Source: Patescibacteria group bacterium
Lineage (GTDB): Bacteria; Patescibacteriota; Microgenomatia; UBA1406
Reading direction: 5' to 3'
DNA length: 64,000 nt
NCBI GenBank assembly: GCA_041665145.1
Contig: JBAYJK010000001.1
Location: 99,464-163,463 of the forward strand
Positions 1 through 9,373 of the stretch are shown here, in pieces. Within the stretch, counting starts at the first letter, position 1. Every line of letters starts with the position of its first letter. The position numbers and the translations under genes are program-made. The notes under the pieces are model-generated. The model ran no database searches. It was not told where the DNA came from and worked only from the letters and a program-made list of their open reading frames with translations.

Positions 1-1
1 G

Positions 2-1465
2 GAGAAATTAATATTTACGCGCCCGAAGAACACTATTTTAGCGCCACATTTTGTTTTTTACGTTAAAAGTCTTTTGGAACAGGAATATGGGATAAAACGT
101 GTGCAGGAAGACGGCCTTAATGTGTACACGACGCTTGATTACCCAATTCAGAAAGACGCAGAAACAATTCTCAAAAAAGAGTTGGATGAAGTAGAAACAT
201 ATGATATCGGTAATGGCGCATTGTTGGTAACACGGCCGTCAACGGGAGAAATCTTGACCATGATCGGTTCAAAGGATTTTTTTGACGGACAATACGGGGC
301 ATACAATGTCACTACAGCTCTCAGACAGCCCGGAAGTTCCATAAAACCGCTGAATTTTGCGGTCGGTTTGGAACGCCGGTTAGTAACTCCTGCCACAATG
401 TTCCTGGACATTCCGACATGTTTTGCAGTACCTGACCAGAAAGGTTATTGCCCTCATAATTATGATGGTCAATTTCGCGGACCGGTTCAACTCCGTTTCG
501 CCCTTGCTAACTCATTGAATATTCCTGCAGTAAAAATGTTGGCAATAAACGGTGTGACCGATTTCATTGCTTCTTCTTCAGCAATGGGGATCAGTACCTT
601 TAAAGACCCTTCACAATACGGTTTATCGCTTACATTGGGGGGCGGGGAAATACACATGACTGATATGGCTGTTGCTTTCTCGTCATTTCCCAATCAGGGA
701 GTAGCTAAATCATTAATTGCCATACTGAAGGTAACCGACCGTTTTGGGAATGTTCTATATCAATACAAAGATCCGAATCTGGTGAAGGACGTCAGCAAGC
801 CTCTCGATTATCCAAATTTTCTCCTGATTAACGGTAAACGTGTGTTCAGTAAAGACACTTCATATTTAATCTCTCATATTTTGCTTGATAACGGGGCCCG
901 TTCGGCAGCATTTGGTACTTCCTCATATCTGGTGGTTAACGGGCATCAGGCTGTTTCGGTAAAAACCGGGACAACAGACGATCTTCGTGATAATTGGACC
1001 ATCGGGTACACACCCAATTTTATGACCTTGGTATGGGTAGGAAATAACGACAACAAACCGATGAATCCTTACTTAGTTTCCGGAGTTACGGGTGCTGCGC
1101 CGATTTGGAATAAGGTGATGCAACGGGTATTAAAAAATCAGAAAGATATGTGGCCTCAAAAACCGGACACCATTATTGGCTTAGAGGTTTGTGATGTTAC
1201 CGGACTTAAACCGACCATTAATCCTGACGGCACCAAATCCTGCAGCACGCGCTTTGAGTACTTTGCCAAAGGGACAGAGCCAAGCACCCAAGGAGCTATT
1301 AAGCAGCATGTCTTGATTGACAAATCGACAGGGGACCTCGCAAAACCCGGACAGACCGATAATGTGGAAGACCAGGAGAAAACAGTCGTGAAAGATAATT
1401 TCTCCACTTACTGTGTTGACTGCACTCATGACAGCAAAAACTTCACGACGGTACCGATCAGATAA
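2..1465 (+). CDS. Class A penicillin-binding protein, C-terminal transpeptidase portion (5'-truncated at window edge)
   Basis: The reading frame is open from position 2 with no stop, so the gene begins upstream of the window. SxxK (SSIK), KTG (KTGTTDD) and the surrounding PBP transpeptidase fold sequence are present. Confidence 0.8.
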   Translation, partial: EKLIFTRPKNTILAPHFVFYVKSLLEQEYGIKRVQEDGLNVYTTLDYPIQKDAETILKKELDEVETYDIGNGALLVTRPSTGEILTMIGSKDFFDGQYGAYNVTTALRQPGSSIKPLNFAVGLERRLVTPATMFLDIPTCFAVPDQKGYCPHNYDGQFRGPVQLRFALANSLNIPAVKMLAINGVTDFIASSSAMGISTFKDPSQYGLSLTLGGGEIHMTDMAVAFSSFPNQGVAKSLIAILKVTDRFGNVLYQYKDPNLVKDVSKPLDYPNFLLINGKRVFSKDTSYLISHILLDNGARSAAFGTSSYLVVNGHQAVSVKTGTTDDLRDNWTIGYTPNFMTLVWVGNNDNKPMNPYLVSGVTGAAPIWNKVMQRVLKNQKDMWPQKPDTIIGLEVCDVTGLKPTINPDGTKSCSTRFEYFAKGTEPSTQGAIKQHVLIDKSTGDLAKPGQTDNVEDQEKTVVKDNFSTYCVDCTHDSKNFTTVPIR

Positions 1466-1478
1466 TTAAACAAACCGA

Positions 1479-2708
1479 ATGCTCAATACAACAAACATCC
1501 GTAAAGATTTTCCCATCTTTACTTCATCAAAAAACCTTGTGTATCTCGATTCTGCTGCTACAGCGCTAAAACCGAGAGCAGTTATTGATGCAATGCATGA
1601 TTACTATGAAATGTATTCGGCAAATATCCACCGGGGAATTTATGGGATCTCTGAAAAAGCAACTCAGAATTACGAAGCAGCACGCGATACGGCGGCTCGG
1701 TTTATTCATGCCGCTTCCCGCGACGAAATTGTATTTACTCATGGGACTACGGAAGGGTTAAATTTACTTGCATATACGTTAGGGAGACTCACAGTGGACA
1801 AGAACTCGGAAATAGTTGTTTCTATGGCAGAGCATCATTCTAATTTCGTCCCCTGGCAACAGCTTGTTGCAGAAAACGGCGCTCAATTGAAAGTGATAGA
1901 CACGGATGAAGAGGGAATTGTCCCGCTTGATACGGTGGAGAAGGCAGAGAGGATAATTACCGAAAAAACCAAACTCGTTTGTCTGTATTTTGTTTCCAAT
2001 GTGTTGGGAACGATGAACCCGATACGAAACATCTGTGCGGCGGTTAAAAAAGTGAATCCGAAGACAATAGTAATTATTGATGCGGCACAAGCTGCTCCTT
2101 CACAACCCATTGACGTTCAGGAGTTGGGGTGTGATTTCATGGTATTTTCTTCGCACAAGATGTGCGGTCCGACGGGATTTGGCGTGTTATGGGGAAGAAA
2201 AGCGCTTCTCGAAGAGTTGCCGCCATTTCAATTCGGGGGTGACATGATAGAGCGTGTCACTCTTTCAGAGACTGCTTTTAAAACGGCCCCCGGGAAATTC
2301 GAAGCGGGCACTCCCCATATTGCCGGAGCGATTGGACTTGACGCTGCACTGAAATATTTAGAAACAGTCTCTTTAGCGGAAGTTTTTCAGCATGAATTAC
2401 GTTTGGGAGATGTGCTTCGAAACGAGCTTAAAAAAAATAAATATATTGAACTTATCAGTCCTGCTGAAAGTAAGTATCGTACCGGCATCGTGACATTTAA
2501 TCACAAGAAGGTGCATCCGCACGATCTTGCGTCTGTGCTCGCAAAGAATAACGTTTGCATACGTGCAGGCCACCATTGTGCAATGCCATTGCACGAGAAG
2601 CTCGGTCTTGCTGCCAGCGCGCGGGTTTCGCTATACTTGTATAACAACGAATTTGATATTGAGATGCTGCTTTCGGGAATCTCCCGGGCAGAAAAGATAT
2701 TCCTTTGA
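1479..2708 (+). CDS. sufS: Cysteine desulfurase, SufS/CsdA-type class V aminotransferase
   Basis: PLP-Lys motif SSHKMCGPTGFG and the RAGHHCA persulfide-loop motif are present. The N-terminal FPI...LVYLDSAAT segment is typical of SufS. Confidence 0.85.
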   Translation: MLNTTNIRKDFPIFTSSKNLVYLDSAATALKPRAVIDAMHDYYEMYSANIHRGIYGISEKATQNYEAARDTAARFIHAASRDEIVFTHGTTEGLNLLAYTLGRLTVDKNSEIVVSMAEHHSNFVPWQQLVAENGAQLKVIDTDEEGIVPLDTVEKAERIITEKTKLVCLYFVSNVLGTMNPIRNICAAVKKVNPKTIVIIDAAQAAPSQPIDVQELGCDFMVFSSHKMCGPTGFGVLWGRKALLEELPPFQFGGDMIERVTLSETAFKTAPGKFEAGTPHIAGAIGLDAALKYLETVSLAEVFQHELRLGDVLRNELKKNKYIELISPAESKYRTGIVTFNHKKVHPHDLASVLAKNNVCIRAGHHCAMPLHEKLGLAASARVSLYLYNNEFDIEMLLSGISRAEKIFL

Positions 2709-2720
2709 TACAATAGCCAA

Positions 2721-2987
2721 ATGCCGACACCAAAGAAAACAAACCCCTCAGGACCGACGATGGTGGGTGACTGGAAAGTTACCGTAGACCGTAAGCTTTG
2801 TATTGGTGCTGCAACCTGTGTGGCAATTGCAGAGAAAACATTTGCCCTCGACAGCGAAGCAAAAGCCGTCATTTTGGACACTGCGATTAACGATGCAAAA
2901 GAGGTCATACTTGATGCGGCAATGGCTTGTCCTGTTGCTGCAATAATCATCGAAGACAGTAAAGGTAAAAGAATTTTTCCGAAATAA
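2721..2987 (+). CDS. Single-cluster [4Fe-4S]/[3Fe-4S] ferredoxin-like protein
   Basis: CIGAATCVAIAE ... ACPVAAI cysteine pattern of mono-cluster ferredoxins; 88 aa; lies directly downstream of sufS. Confidence 0.6.
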   Translation: MPTPKKTNPSGPTMVGDWKVTVDRKLCIGAATCVAIAEKTFALDSEAKAVILDTAINDAKEVILDAAMACPVAAIIIEDSKGKRIFPK

Positions 2988-2990
2988 ATA

Positions 2991-3018
2991 TTGACTTTAG
3001 CAAATAGTCTGGTATACT
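2991..3018 (+). promoter_or_regulatory. Sigma70-type promoter upstream of lon (TTGACT -16- TATACT with TGn extended -10)
   Basis: TTGACT at 2991-2996, 16-nt spacer, TG at 3010-3011 and TATACT at 3013-3018, 7 nt before the lon ATG region. Confidence 0.55.
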
Positions 3019-3024
3019 GCTAAC

Positions 3025-5415
3025 ATGGCTACAGAAGCAAAAAAAATAGAAAATTTACTTCCGGTTATTCCCATTCGTGACGGTCTTGTTTTTCCAAAAA
3101 CAGAGTCTCCACTTATTTTTGGGCGACAGAAGACTATCAGCGCATTTGAAGTTGCAACTCAAAAAGATAAGAAGCTTATTCTTGCTTTGCAGAAAGATTC
3201 TCGGTTGAACGACCCTGATTCCGATGACCTGTATACTACGGGTGTGGTTATCTATATTGAGAGATATGCTTCACTTGAGCATGGCGAGCTTCAGGTGCTT
3301 GTTCGCGGAATGTCTAAAGTACGCATCAAAAACTATGTGTCTACGGAGCCATACTTTGTGGCCTCTTATGAGGAGATTGAGGAAATAGAAGATTCCGATG
3401 ATGAAACTAAAGCGATGGTATTACATTTGTCAAATGAGCTTAAAAAGGCCATAAACCTCGGGAAGAATATAGATTTTATGGCGTTGATGAATGTATTTTC
3501 CGAATTGCCGCCCCTTGATTTCTCATATCAAATCGCGGCAGTCTTGGACCTTAAGCCGCAAGAACGCCAAAACCTGTTGGAAGAAACTGTTGTTAAAGAG
3601 AGGTTGCAGAAAAGCGTTGATTATTTGAGTAAGGAAATTAAAGTTCTCGAAATAGAACGTAATATAAGTGCCAAAACCCAAAAGCAATTCGAAAAAGGTG
3701 TTAAAGAAACAGTGTTGCGCGAAAAGATGCGGGCAATTGAAAAGGAGTTGGGCGGAGACAAAGAGGACAAGGATATAACCGAGTACCGAAAGAAAATAAA
3801 GGATGCAAAGATGACGGAGGAAGTCGAAAAGAAGGCTCTGAAAGAACTTGAGCGATTGGCAAAAATGTCGCAATATAATCCGGAGACATCGTATTTACGA
3901 ACGTATATTGATTGGCTGACCGATCTTCCCTGGAATGTTTATTCGCCGAGCGATATCGACATAAAAGAAGCCGAAAAAGTTCTGAACACCGACCACTACG
4001 GTTTAAAGAAAATCAAAGAAAGAATTCTTGAATACCTCGCGGTAATGAAATTAAGAAAGTCTGATGAAAAGAAGGGTATGAAGTCGGTTAACCCTCCCAC
4101 AATTCTCTGTTTTGTCGGACCTCCGGGTGTCGGTAAAACATCTTTAGGCAAATCCATTGCGCGCTCACTGAAGAGAAAATTCATTAAAATTTCCCTGGGA
4201 GGAATTCGGGATGAAGCGGAGATTCGCGGTCACAGGAGAACATATGTTGGAGCACTTCCCGGACGTTTCATACAAGGTATAAAGCAGGCAGGTACGAACA
4301 ATCCGGTATTCATGCTTGATGAAATAGATAAACTGGGGAGAGATTTCCGCGGAGATCCATCAGCCGCCCTTCTTGAGGCGCTTGACCCTGAACAAAATCA
4401 CGCGTTTTCAGATCACTACCTTGAGGTGGATTTTGACTTATCTCAAGTAATGTTTATTACTACCGCAAACGTGCTTGATACTATTCCACCGGCCCTCTTG
4501 GATCGCTTGGAAGTAATACATTTTGCCGGTTATACCGAGGATGAGAAATTTGCAATAGCCAAGGAATATCTCGTTCCGAAGCAAAATGAGGCGCACGGTC
4601 TTTCTGCATATAACTATAAAATGCTGGATAACGCAGTCAGTTTGATAATTAAGCGCTATACAAGAGAAGCAGGTGTTCGCGAACTGGAACGTCAAGTCGC
4701 AACCATCTTCAGAAAGATTGCCCGTAAAGTTGCGGATGGCTCCGAAGCACAAGGTCAATCGGAAGCAAAATCGGCAACAAAAACAATTACAACCGCACAG
4801 GTAACGGAGCTTTTGGGACCATATAAATACAGTTCGCTCTTGGCTGAAAAAGAGGATGAGGTGGGTATGTCAACGGGACTCGCCTGGACTCAGGTGGGAG
4901 GAGAGATACTTTTTATTGAAGTTTCAATAATGCCGGGTAAAGGAAGATTAACGCTGACCGGTCAATTGGGAGACGTCATGAAAGAATCGTGTCAGGCAGC
5001 AGTTTCTTACACGCGCAGTCGTTGGGAGCAATTGGGATTAGATAAGAGTTTCTATGAAAAAATAGATATACATATTCATGTTCCGGAAGGAGCAGTTCCG
5101 AAAGACGGTCCGTCAGCCGGTCTGGCAATAACTACAGCTTTAATATCTGCTCTGACCAAGAATCCGGTAAAGAGGGATGTCGCTATGACTGGCGAGGTTA
5201 CGTTAAGAGGCCGCGCGCTTGAAATAGGCGGTTTGAAGGAAAAAGTTATTGCGGCACACAGTGCGGGTATCAAAACCGTAGTTGTACCTAAAGACAACAA
5301 AAAAGACTTGGTGGAATTTCCCAAAAAGATATTGGATGATTTGAAATTTGTTTTTGTAAGTCATATGGATGACGTTCTCGAAGTTGCATTTAAAAATAAA
5401 ATCAAAAGGAAATAA
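3025..5415 (+). CDS. lon: ATP-dependent Lon protease (LonA)
   Basis: N-terminal LON substrate domain, Walker A GPPGVGKTS, and the catalytic serine motif PKDGPSAGLAITTAL. Confidence 0.95.
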   Translation: MATEAKKIENLLPVIPIRDGLVFPKTESPLIFGRQKTISAFEVATQKDKKLILALQKDSRLNDPDSDDLYTTGVVIYIERYASLEHGELQVLVRGMSKVRIKNYVSTEPYFVASYEEIEEIEDSDDETKAMVLHLSNELKKAINLGKNIDFMALMNVFSELPPLDFSYQIAAVLDLKPQERQNLLEETVVKERLQKSVDYLSKEIKVLEIERNISAKTQKQFEKGVKETVLREKMRAIEKELGGDKEDKDITEYRKKIKDAKMTEEVEKKALKELERLAKMSQYNPETSYLRTYIDWLTDLPWNVYSPSDIDIKEAEKVLNTDHYGLKKIKERILEYLAVMKLRKSDEKKGMKSVNPPTILCFVGPPGVGKTSLGKSIARSLKRKFIKISLGGIRDEAEIRGHRRTYVGALPGRFIQGIKQAGTNNPVFMLDEIDKLGRDFRGDPSAALLEALDPEQNHAFSDHYLEVDFDLSQVMFITTANVLDTIPPALLDRLEVIHFAGYTEDEKFAIAKEYLVPKQNEAHGLSAYNYKMLDNAVSLIIKRYTREAGVRELERQVATIFRKIARKVADGSEAQGQSEAKSATKTITTAQVTELLGPYKYSSLLAEKEDEVGMSTGLAWTQVGGEILFIEVSIMPGKGRLTLTGQLGDVMKESCQAAVSYTRSRWEQLGLDKSFYEKIDIHIHVPEGAVPKDGPSAGLAITTALISALTKNPVKRDVAMTGEVTLRGRALEIGGLKEKVIAAHSAGIKTVVVPKDNKKDLVEFPKKILDDLKFVFVSHMDDVLEVAFKNKIKRK

Positions 5416-5443
5416 AGTTGCTTCCTTGCTATAATCTCCAGAT

Positions 5444-6097
5444 ATGCATATAGACACAATGCTCATTTCACTGATCCAGTATGGGCTGATCTTCGCCTAT
5501 ATAGTTTTATTCTTTATTATCTTTGCAGAATCAGGATTGTTAATCGGTTTTTTCTTGCCGGGAGACAGCTTGTTATTCACTGCAGGATTCCTTGCTTCGC
5601 AAGGATACATGAATATTTATGTTCTGGTCATTGGATTTTTCCTGGCAGCAGTTATTGGGGACAGTGTCGGATATTTATTCGGGCATAAAGTCGGCAAACG
5701 GTTGTTCCAGAGAGAGAACTCGTTACTGTTTCATAAAGACAATTTATTGAAGGCGAAAGCGTTCTACGAAAAACACGGCGGCAAGACGATTATTCTTGCG
5801 CGATTTATTCCCATGGTCAGAACTTTTGCACCGATTATTGCCGGTATCGGCGATATGCATTACCGGACGTTTCTCGCGTATAACGTTATCGGAGGTGTCT
5901 TTTGGGCGATTGGAATTACTCTGGCCGGTTATTTTCTGGGCAGGCTTATTCCGAATGTCGACCGATATTTATTGCCGATAGTTCTTGTCATTATCGTGCT
6001 TTCAGTAGCCCCGACAGCATATCATATTCTCAAGGATCCCGACAGTCGAAAGCAAATTCTGCAACTTATCAAGAAGACTCTTCGAATCACAAAATAG
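5444..6097 (+). CDS. DedA/SNARE-associated (VTT domain) family membrane protein
   Basis: Signature ESGLLIGFFLPGDSLLFTAGFLA and the multi-TM DedA architecture. Confidence 0.8.
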   Translation: MHIDTMLISLIQYGLIFAYIVLFFIIFAESGLLIGFFLPGDSLLFTAGFLASQGYMNIYVLVIGFFLAAVIGDSVGYLFGHKVGKRLFQRENSLLFHKDNLLKAKAFYEKHGGKTIILARFIPMVRTFAPIIAGIGDMHYRTFLAYNVIGGVFWAIGITLAGYFLGRLIPNVDRYLLPIVLVIIVLSVAPTAYHILKDPDSRKQILQLIKKTLRITK

Positions 6098-6165
6098 TCA
6101 TTTTCTTTCGTCAATTACCATTGAAGTTGTTTTGACAATATATTTTGATGTTGTAACATATAGGT

Positions 6166-7812
6166 ATGTTCGGACCACTGCGCCTATTTAAGAGAAACCA
6201 CGTTCTGCTGCTTATTCTGATTTTTGGAATCGGGTTGTTGGTTCGGTTTATCCATTTCAATCATATTACATTCGGGTATGACCAAGCACGGGACGCATTC
6301 ATGGCAATTGATATTATTAAAGGGGACCATTTGAAAATCGTCGGCCCGAATACTGACATTTTCGGATTGAATCACGGTGTTTTATATTGGTACCTCATGG
6401 CGCCGGTTTATTTTCTTTTCGGGGGCAGTGTCTCTGCCGCAAAACTATTCTTGGTATTAGTAAATTTAGGAGGAATTTTTACTACGTATTATGTCGGTTC
6501 AAAAGTCTTTAATAACACGAGAATCGGTCTGCTGTCAGCTTTTTTGTATGCAGTATCATTTGAGGCGGTGCAATACGCGAGGTGGTTGTCTAATCCGTCG
6601 CCGGCCTTAGTGACAACCCTACTTTCATTTTACGGCCTGTGGCTTTTATTGAAATCAAATCAGAAAGGTTTATTGCTTTTCTTTATATTCTGGCCGCTAT
6701 CGGTTCAATTTGAATTTTTTTTGGTTTCTCACATTGTTCTTTTTATGTTTGTATACGGATACATGATAGTGCATGAGAATCTTAAAATAGACTTCAGAAG
6801 ATTGGTTAGCTCAGCAGCGGTTGGTCTGTTGCTGCTTTCGCCGCTTATAATCGAACAGGTCAAATACGGATTTCGGGGAATTGTATCTCTCCTTGCCTTT
6901 CTGGGTACCGATAAATCCATTGTGAGAAGCGCTATGGCGAATTATATTTCTTTTTTGGACAAGATAATTAATACGTTCTATTGGAATATCTCCGGTTTGA
7001 ATTTATTTGTTGCGGGTATTCTGGCTGTATGCTTACTGGTCTATTCGGTAGAAAAAATCAGGAGCAAATCTCAATTGAGCAAACCCCTGATATTTTCCGT
7101 ATTTATTTTGCTCTCGCCAATGATACTGTTCCCGTTTGAGAAACTGACCGCTAATTTTGTGACTTTGGGTAATTTATACGGAGCGATTTTCTTAGTTGCC
7201 TTTGCACTTGATGGATTGCTGGCGAGCAAGAAACTTGTTTATAAATATGCGTTCGTACTGATTATGCTCGTGATTTTCGCAGGTAATTTGTCACTTATTT
7301 CGAGCCAAGGGAAGAAGGGTGAAATCTTGTTTTCTGTTCAAAAAAGTATGACATATAACGATGAAACGGCGCTTATTGATTGGGTTTACAAAGATGCTGC
7401 CGGAAAGGAATTTAGCATAAACACCATTACCAATCCGTTGTTCATAAACACAACATGGGCGTATCTCTTTGACCACTATGGCAGGAACACATATGGATAT
7501 ATGCCGGGGTGGGCGGGCACGACTCAAGTTGATGTGTTTGGAGGAAATATAACCATGGGTTTAACAGATATCTCTGTCGCATATGCTCCGTTGCAGTCAC
7601 CACGCATAGGCAAGCTGCTGTACCTTATTGCCGAGCCGGAGACCGGAATTCCGCTTGAATATTTTGGCGCGTATGAAGCGTTTGAAAATAAGCGTTCGAA
7701 GCTTTTGGAAAGTCATAAATTCGGCACATTTGTAGTAGAAAAGAGAATATATACATCCGATGAGGATGTCACTGCCGAGAAACTCTTCAATATCGCACGA
7801 GGAAAAAAGTAA
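6166..7812 (+). CDS. Polytopic membrane protein, putative GT-C-fold lipid-carrier-dependent glycosyltransferase ('YDQxRD' paralog family)
   Basis: Eleven or more predicted TM helices. A conserved first-loop motif GYDQARDAF...GPNT..G..HGVLYWY is shared with the genes at 19300 and 32964. Confidence 0.5.
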   Translation: MFGPLRLFKRNHVLLLILIFGIGLLVRFIHFNHITFGYDQARDAFMAIDIIKGDHLKIVGPNTDIFGLNHGVLYWYLMAPVYFLFGGSVSAAKLFLVLVNLGGIFTTYYVGSKVFNNTRIGLLSAFLYAVSFEAVQYARWLSNPSPALVTTLLSFYGLWLLLKSNQKGLLLFFIFWPLSVQFEFFLVSHIVLFMFVYGYMIVHENLKIDFRRLVSSAAVGLLLLSPLIIEQVKYGFRGIVSLLAFLGTDKSIVRSAMANYISFLDKIINTFYWNISGLNLFVAGILAVCLLVYSVEKIRSKSQLSKPLIFSVFILLSPMILFPFEKLTANFVTLGNLYGAIFLVAFALDGLLASKKLVYKYAFVLIMLVIFAGNLSLISSQGKKGEILFSVQKSMTYNDETALIDWVYKDAAGKEFSINTITNPLFINTTWAYLFDHYGRNTYGYMPGWAGTTQVDVFGGNITMGLTDISVAYAPLQSPRIGKLLYLIAEPETGIPLEYFGAYEAFENKRSKLLESHKFGTFVVEKRIYTSDEDVTAEKLFNIARGKK

Positions 7813-7830
7813 TCTAAATTATCCGAATGG

Positions 7831-7847
7831 GGTCAGCTGAGCTGACC
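7831..7847. terminator. Perfect 7-bp stem / 3-nt loop hairpin (GGTCAGC-TGA-GCTGACC) between convergent gene and tRNA
   Basis: The inverted repeat is seen directly in the sequence. There is no T-tract, so the terminator role is tentative. Confidence 0.3.
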
Positions 7848-7865
7848 AGTCACCTCGCTGAGCGT

Positions 7866-7929
7866 GGTGGGTCCAGTCCCGATTATATTGGGACAACCAA
7901 TCCGCGACGCAGTCGGGACTGCTCTACTA
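7866..7929 (-). pseudogene. Degenerate partial copy of the 3' two-thirds of tRNA-Lys (integration/duplication scar)
   Basis: It shares GTGGGTCCAG, CAACCAA and CTGCTCTAC blocks with the adjacent tRNA-Lys in the same order and orientation. The anticodon and T arms are replaced by unrelated hairpins, and there is no 5' acceptor strand. Confidence 0.5.
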
Positions 7930-7936
7930 ATCTAAG

Positions 7937-8008
7937 TGGGTCCAGCGGGACTCGAACCCGCAACCAACGGCTTAAAAGGCCGCTGCTCTACCATTGAGCT
8001 ATAGACCC
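7937..8008 (-). tRNA. tRNA-Lys (anticodon UUU)
   Basis: Manual cloverleaf: 7-bp acceptor GGGTCTA/TGGACCC, D-arm GCTC/GAGC with GG, anticodon loop CTTTTAA, T-arm GCGGG-TTCGAGT-CCCGC, discriminator A; 72 nt. Confidence 0.85.
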
Positions 8009-8033
8009 AAATCACTACTCCAAGACAGTACAA

Positions 8034-8042
8034 ATTATAGCA
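8034..8042 (-). promoter_or_regulatory. Extended -10 promoter (TGcTATAAT) for tRNA-Lys
   Basis: The reverse complement reads TGCTATAAT about 25 nt upstream of the mature tRNA 5' end. Confidence 0.45.
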
Positions 8043-8078
8043 CACAGAAGGCGCTTACTCATCTCAACCGTTTTCTGC

Positions 8079-9323
8079 TTATTTCTCAATAACATCTGCC
8101 GCTCCAACAGCGCCGTCCTGAGTGGGGCCCAGTGCGTTGAATCTTCGGATTGCCTGAACGTATTCGGGATAGCGTGCAAAGATGTGTTTGACTGCTGAAA
8201 GAACTTTTTTGGGATCCAGTTTTTTGCCGATATTTTCAATTGTGCCGAAATCCATCGACAGCAAGTCTATGACATTATCGATTCCCAGACGAAGAATGCA
8301 TTGACCCATGCCAAGTTCCTGTGAACGCCATCCATGAATTACCTGATCCGGATTGAACGGAATGGAAACTGCAGGTTTTTCTGCGCAAACAGCCTGCATC
8401 AACGTTCCATAACCCGCATGACATACCACAAGGTCTACTAGTTGAGAGACTTCTTCGCCGTTGAGAAACTTTGCCACAAACAGATTGGGATGTTTCGGGA
8501 AAACACTTGGTTCACAGATCGTTCCTGTTGAAATCACAACACGGTAATTGTTTTTAATCAGGAGGTTTGCGATCTGCACCAATTTTACCGAATCAAAACC
8601 CGTTCCACCAAAGGTTAGATAAATCGTTTTCCCGTCCGGCTTTATCTTTGATAACCATGACGGGGAATATTTTCTGAATCCTGACCAACCCCATGGACCC
8701 ACATAGTAAGCCGTAATCTTTTTGTTCTTTGAAGGCAAATAGAATGAAGATTCGGGAAGAATATATGTGACACTTTTATACCATGCATCCAAGTCCATCG
8801 TGTTACCGAACTTTCGGGAAACTTCAAGAAGCGGTTTAAGAAATGAGTTTTTCAGTCTATTGAATAATAAAAGCGCTATTTTACTCATCGGAGAAAACAT
8901 TATTTTCGGGAAACCCGGATTGGGTATAAATCCGCCATACGGCAGAGCACTGCCTTCGAAGATAGTGTATGTTTTAATGTTTCTTGCAGCGGCAGCACCG
9001 AGTGCGGATATTCGGAAGTCAACGATTATTTTGTGGGGTTTTATTTCATCAATAACCCGCAGTTCATCTTTCATGCGGGAATAGACGAACTCAGATTTCT
9101 TGAAGTCGTCTAAAAAAAGGATTGATTCACCGGTTAAGGTTGTCATCACATCTACGAATGAAACACTGCTTTGTTGAAACAGTTTTTGTTTTTCCTTCGG
9201 AAGGGCGAAAAATACATGGTGACCGCGTCTTTTTAACTCTTCTCCGATGGCCAATGAACGGGTTACGTGTGCTAAACCCACTTCGATCGGGAAAAAAAGA
9301 AACGTCTGTTTGTCGGTTTTCAT
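8079..9323 (-). CDS. GT1-family UDP-glycosyltransferase (MGT/UDP-glucuronosyltransferase-like)
   Basis: N-terminal FFPIEVGLAHVTRSLAIGEEL and a C-terminal donor-binding region CHAGYGTLMQA...PFNPDQ, as in the macrolide-GT/UGT fold. Confidence 0.7.
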   Translation of the reverse strand: MKTDKQTFLFFPIEVGLAHVTRSLAIGEELKRRGHHVFFALPKEKQKLFQQSSVSFVDVMTTLTGESILFLDDFKKSEFVYSRMKDELRVIDEIKPHKIIVDFRISALGAAAARNIKTYTIFEGSALPYGGFIPNPGFPKIMFSPMSKIALLLFNRLKNSFLKPLLEVSRKFGNTMDLDAWYKSVTYILPESSFYLPSKNKKITAYYVGPWGWSGFRKYSPSWLSKIKPDGKTIYLTFGGTGFDSVKLVQIANLLIKNNYRVVISTGTICEPSVFPKHPNLFVAKFLNGEEVSQLVDLVVCHAGYGTLMQAVCAEKPAVSIPFNPDQVIHGWRSQELGMGQCILRLGIDNVIDLLSMDFGTIENIGKKLDPKKVLSAVKHIFARYPEYVQAIRRFNALGPTQDGAVGAADVIEK

Positions 9324-9373
9324 GTTGCTTTTATACCGTAGTAATTAGTTTACTCTTATTATAGAATATCCCT

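Noticed and set aside
2501-2950. 149-aa minus-strand ORF antisense to sufS and the ferredoxin-like gene
   Set aside because: It lies entirely within well-supported genes on the opposite strand and has a low-complexity Ala/Ser-rich translation.
5416-5443. Possible promoter (TATAAT-like 'gctataat') between lon and dedA
   Set aside because: The gap is only 28 nt and there is no plausible -35; dedA is more likely co-transcribed with lon.
8015-8239. 74-aa minus-strand ORF from the ORF track
   Set aside because: It overlaps the tRNA-Lys gene, its promoter and the 3' end of the GT1 gene, and its codon usage is atypical, so it is spurious.
8767-9364. Plus-strand ORFs (105 and 80 aa) in the 8.7-9.4 kb region
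   Set aside because: They are embedded antisense in the GT1 glycosyltransferase gene.
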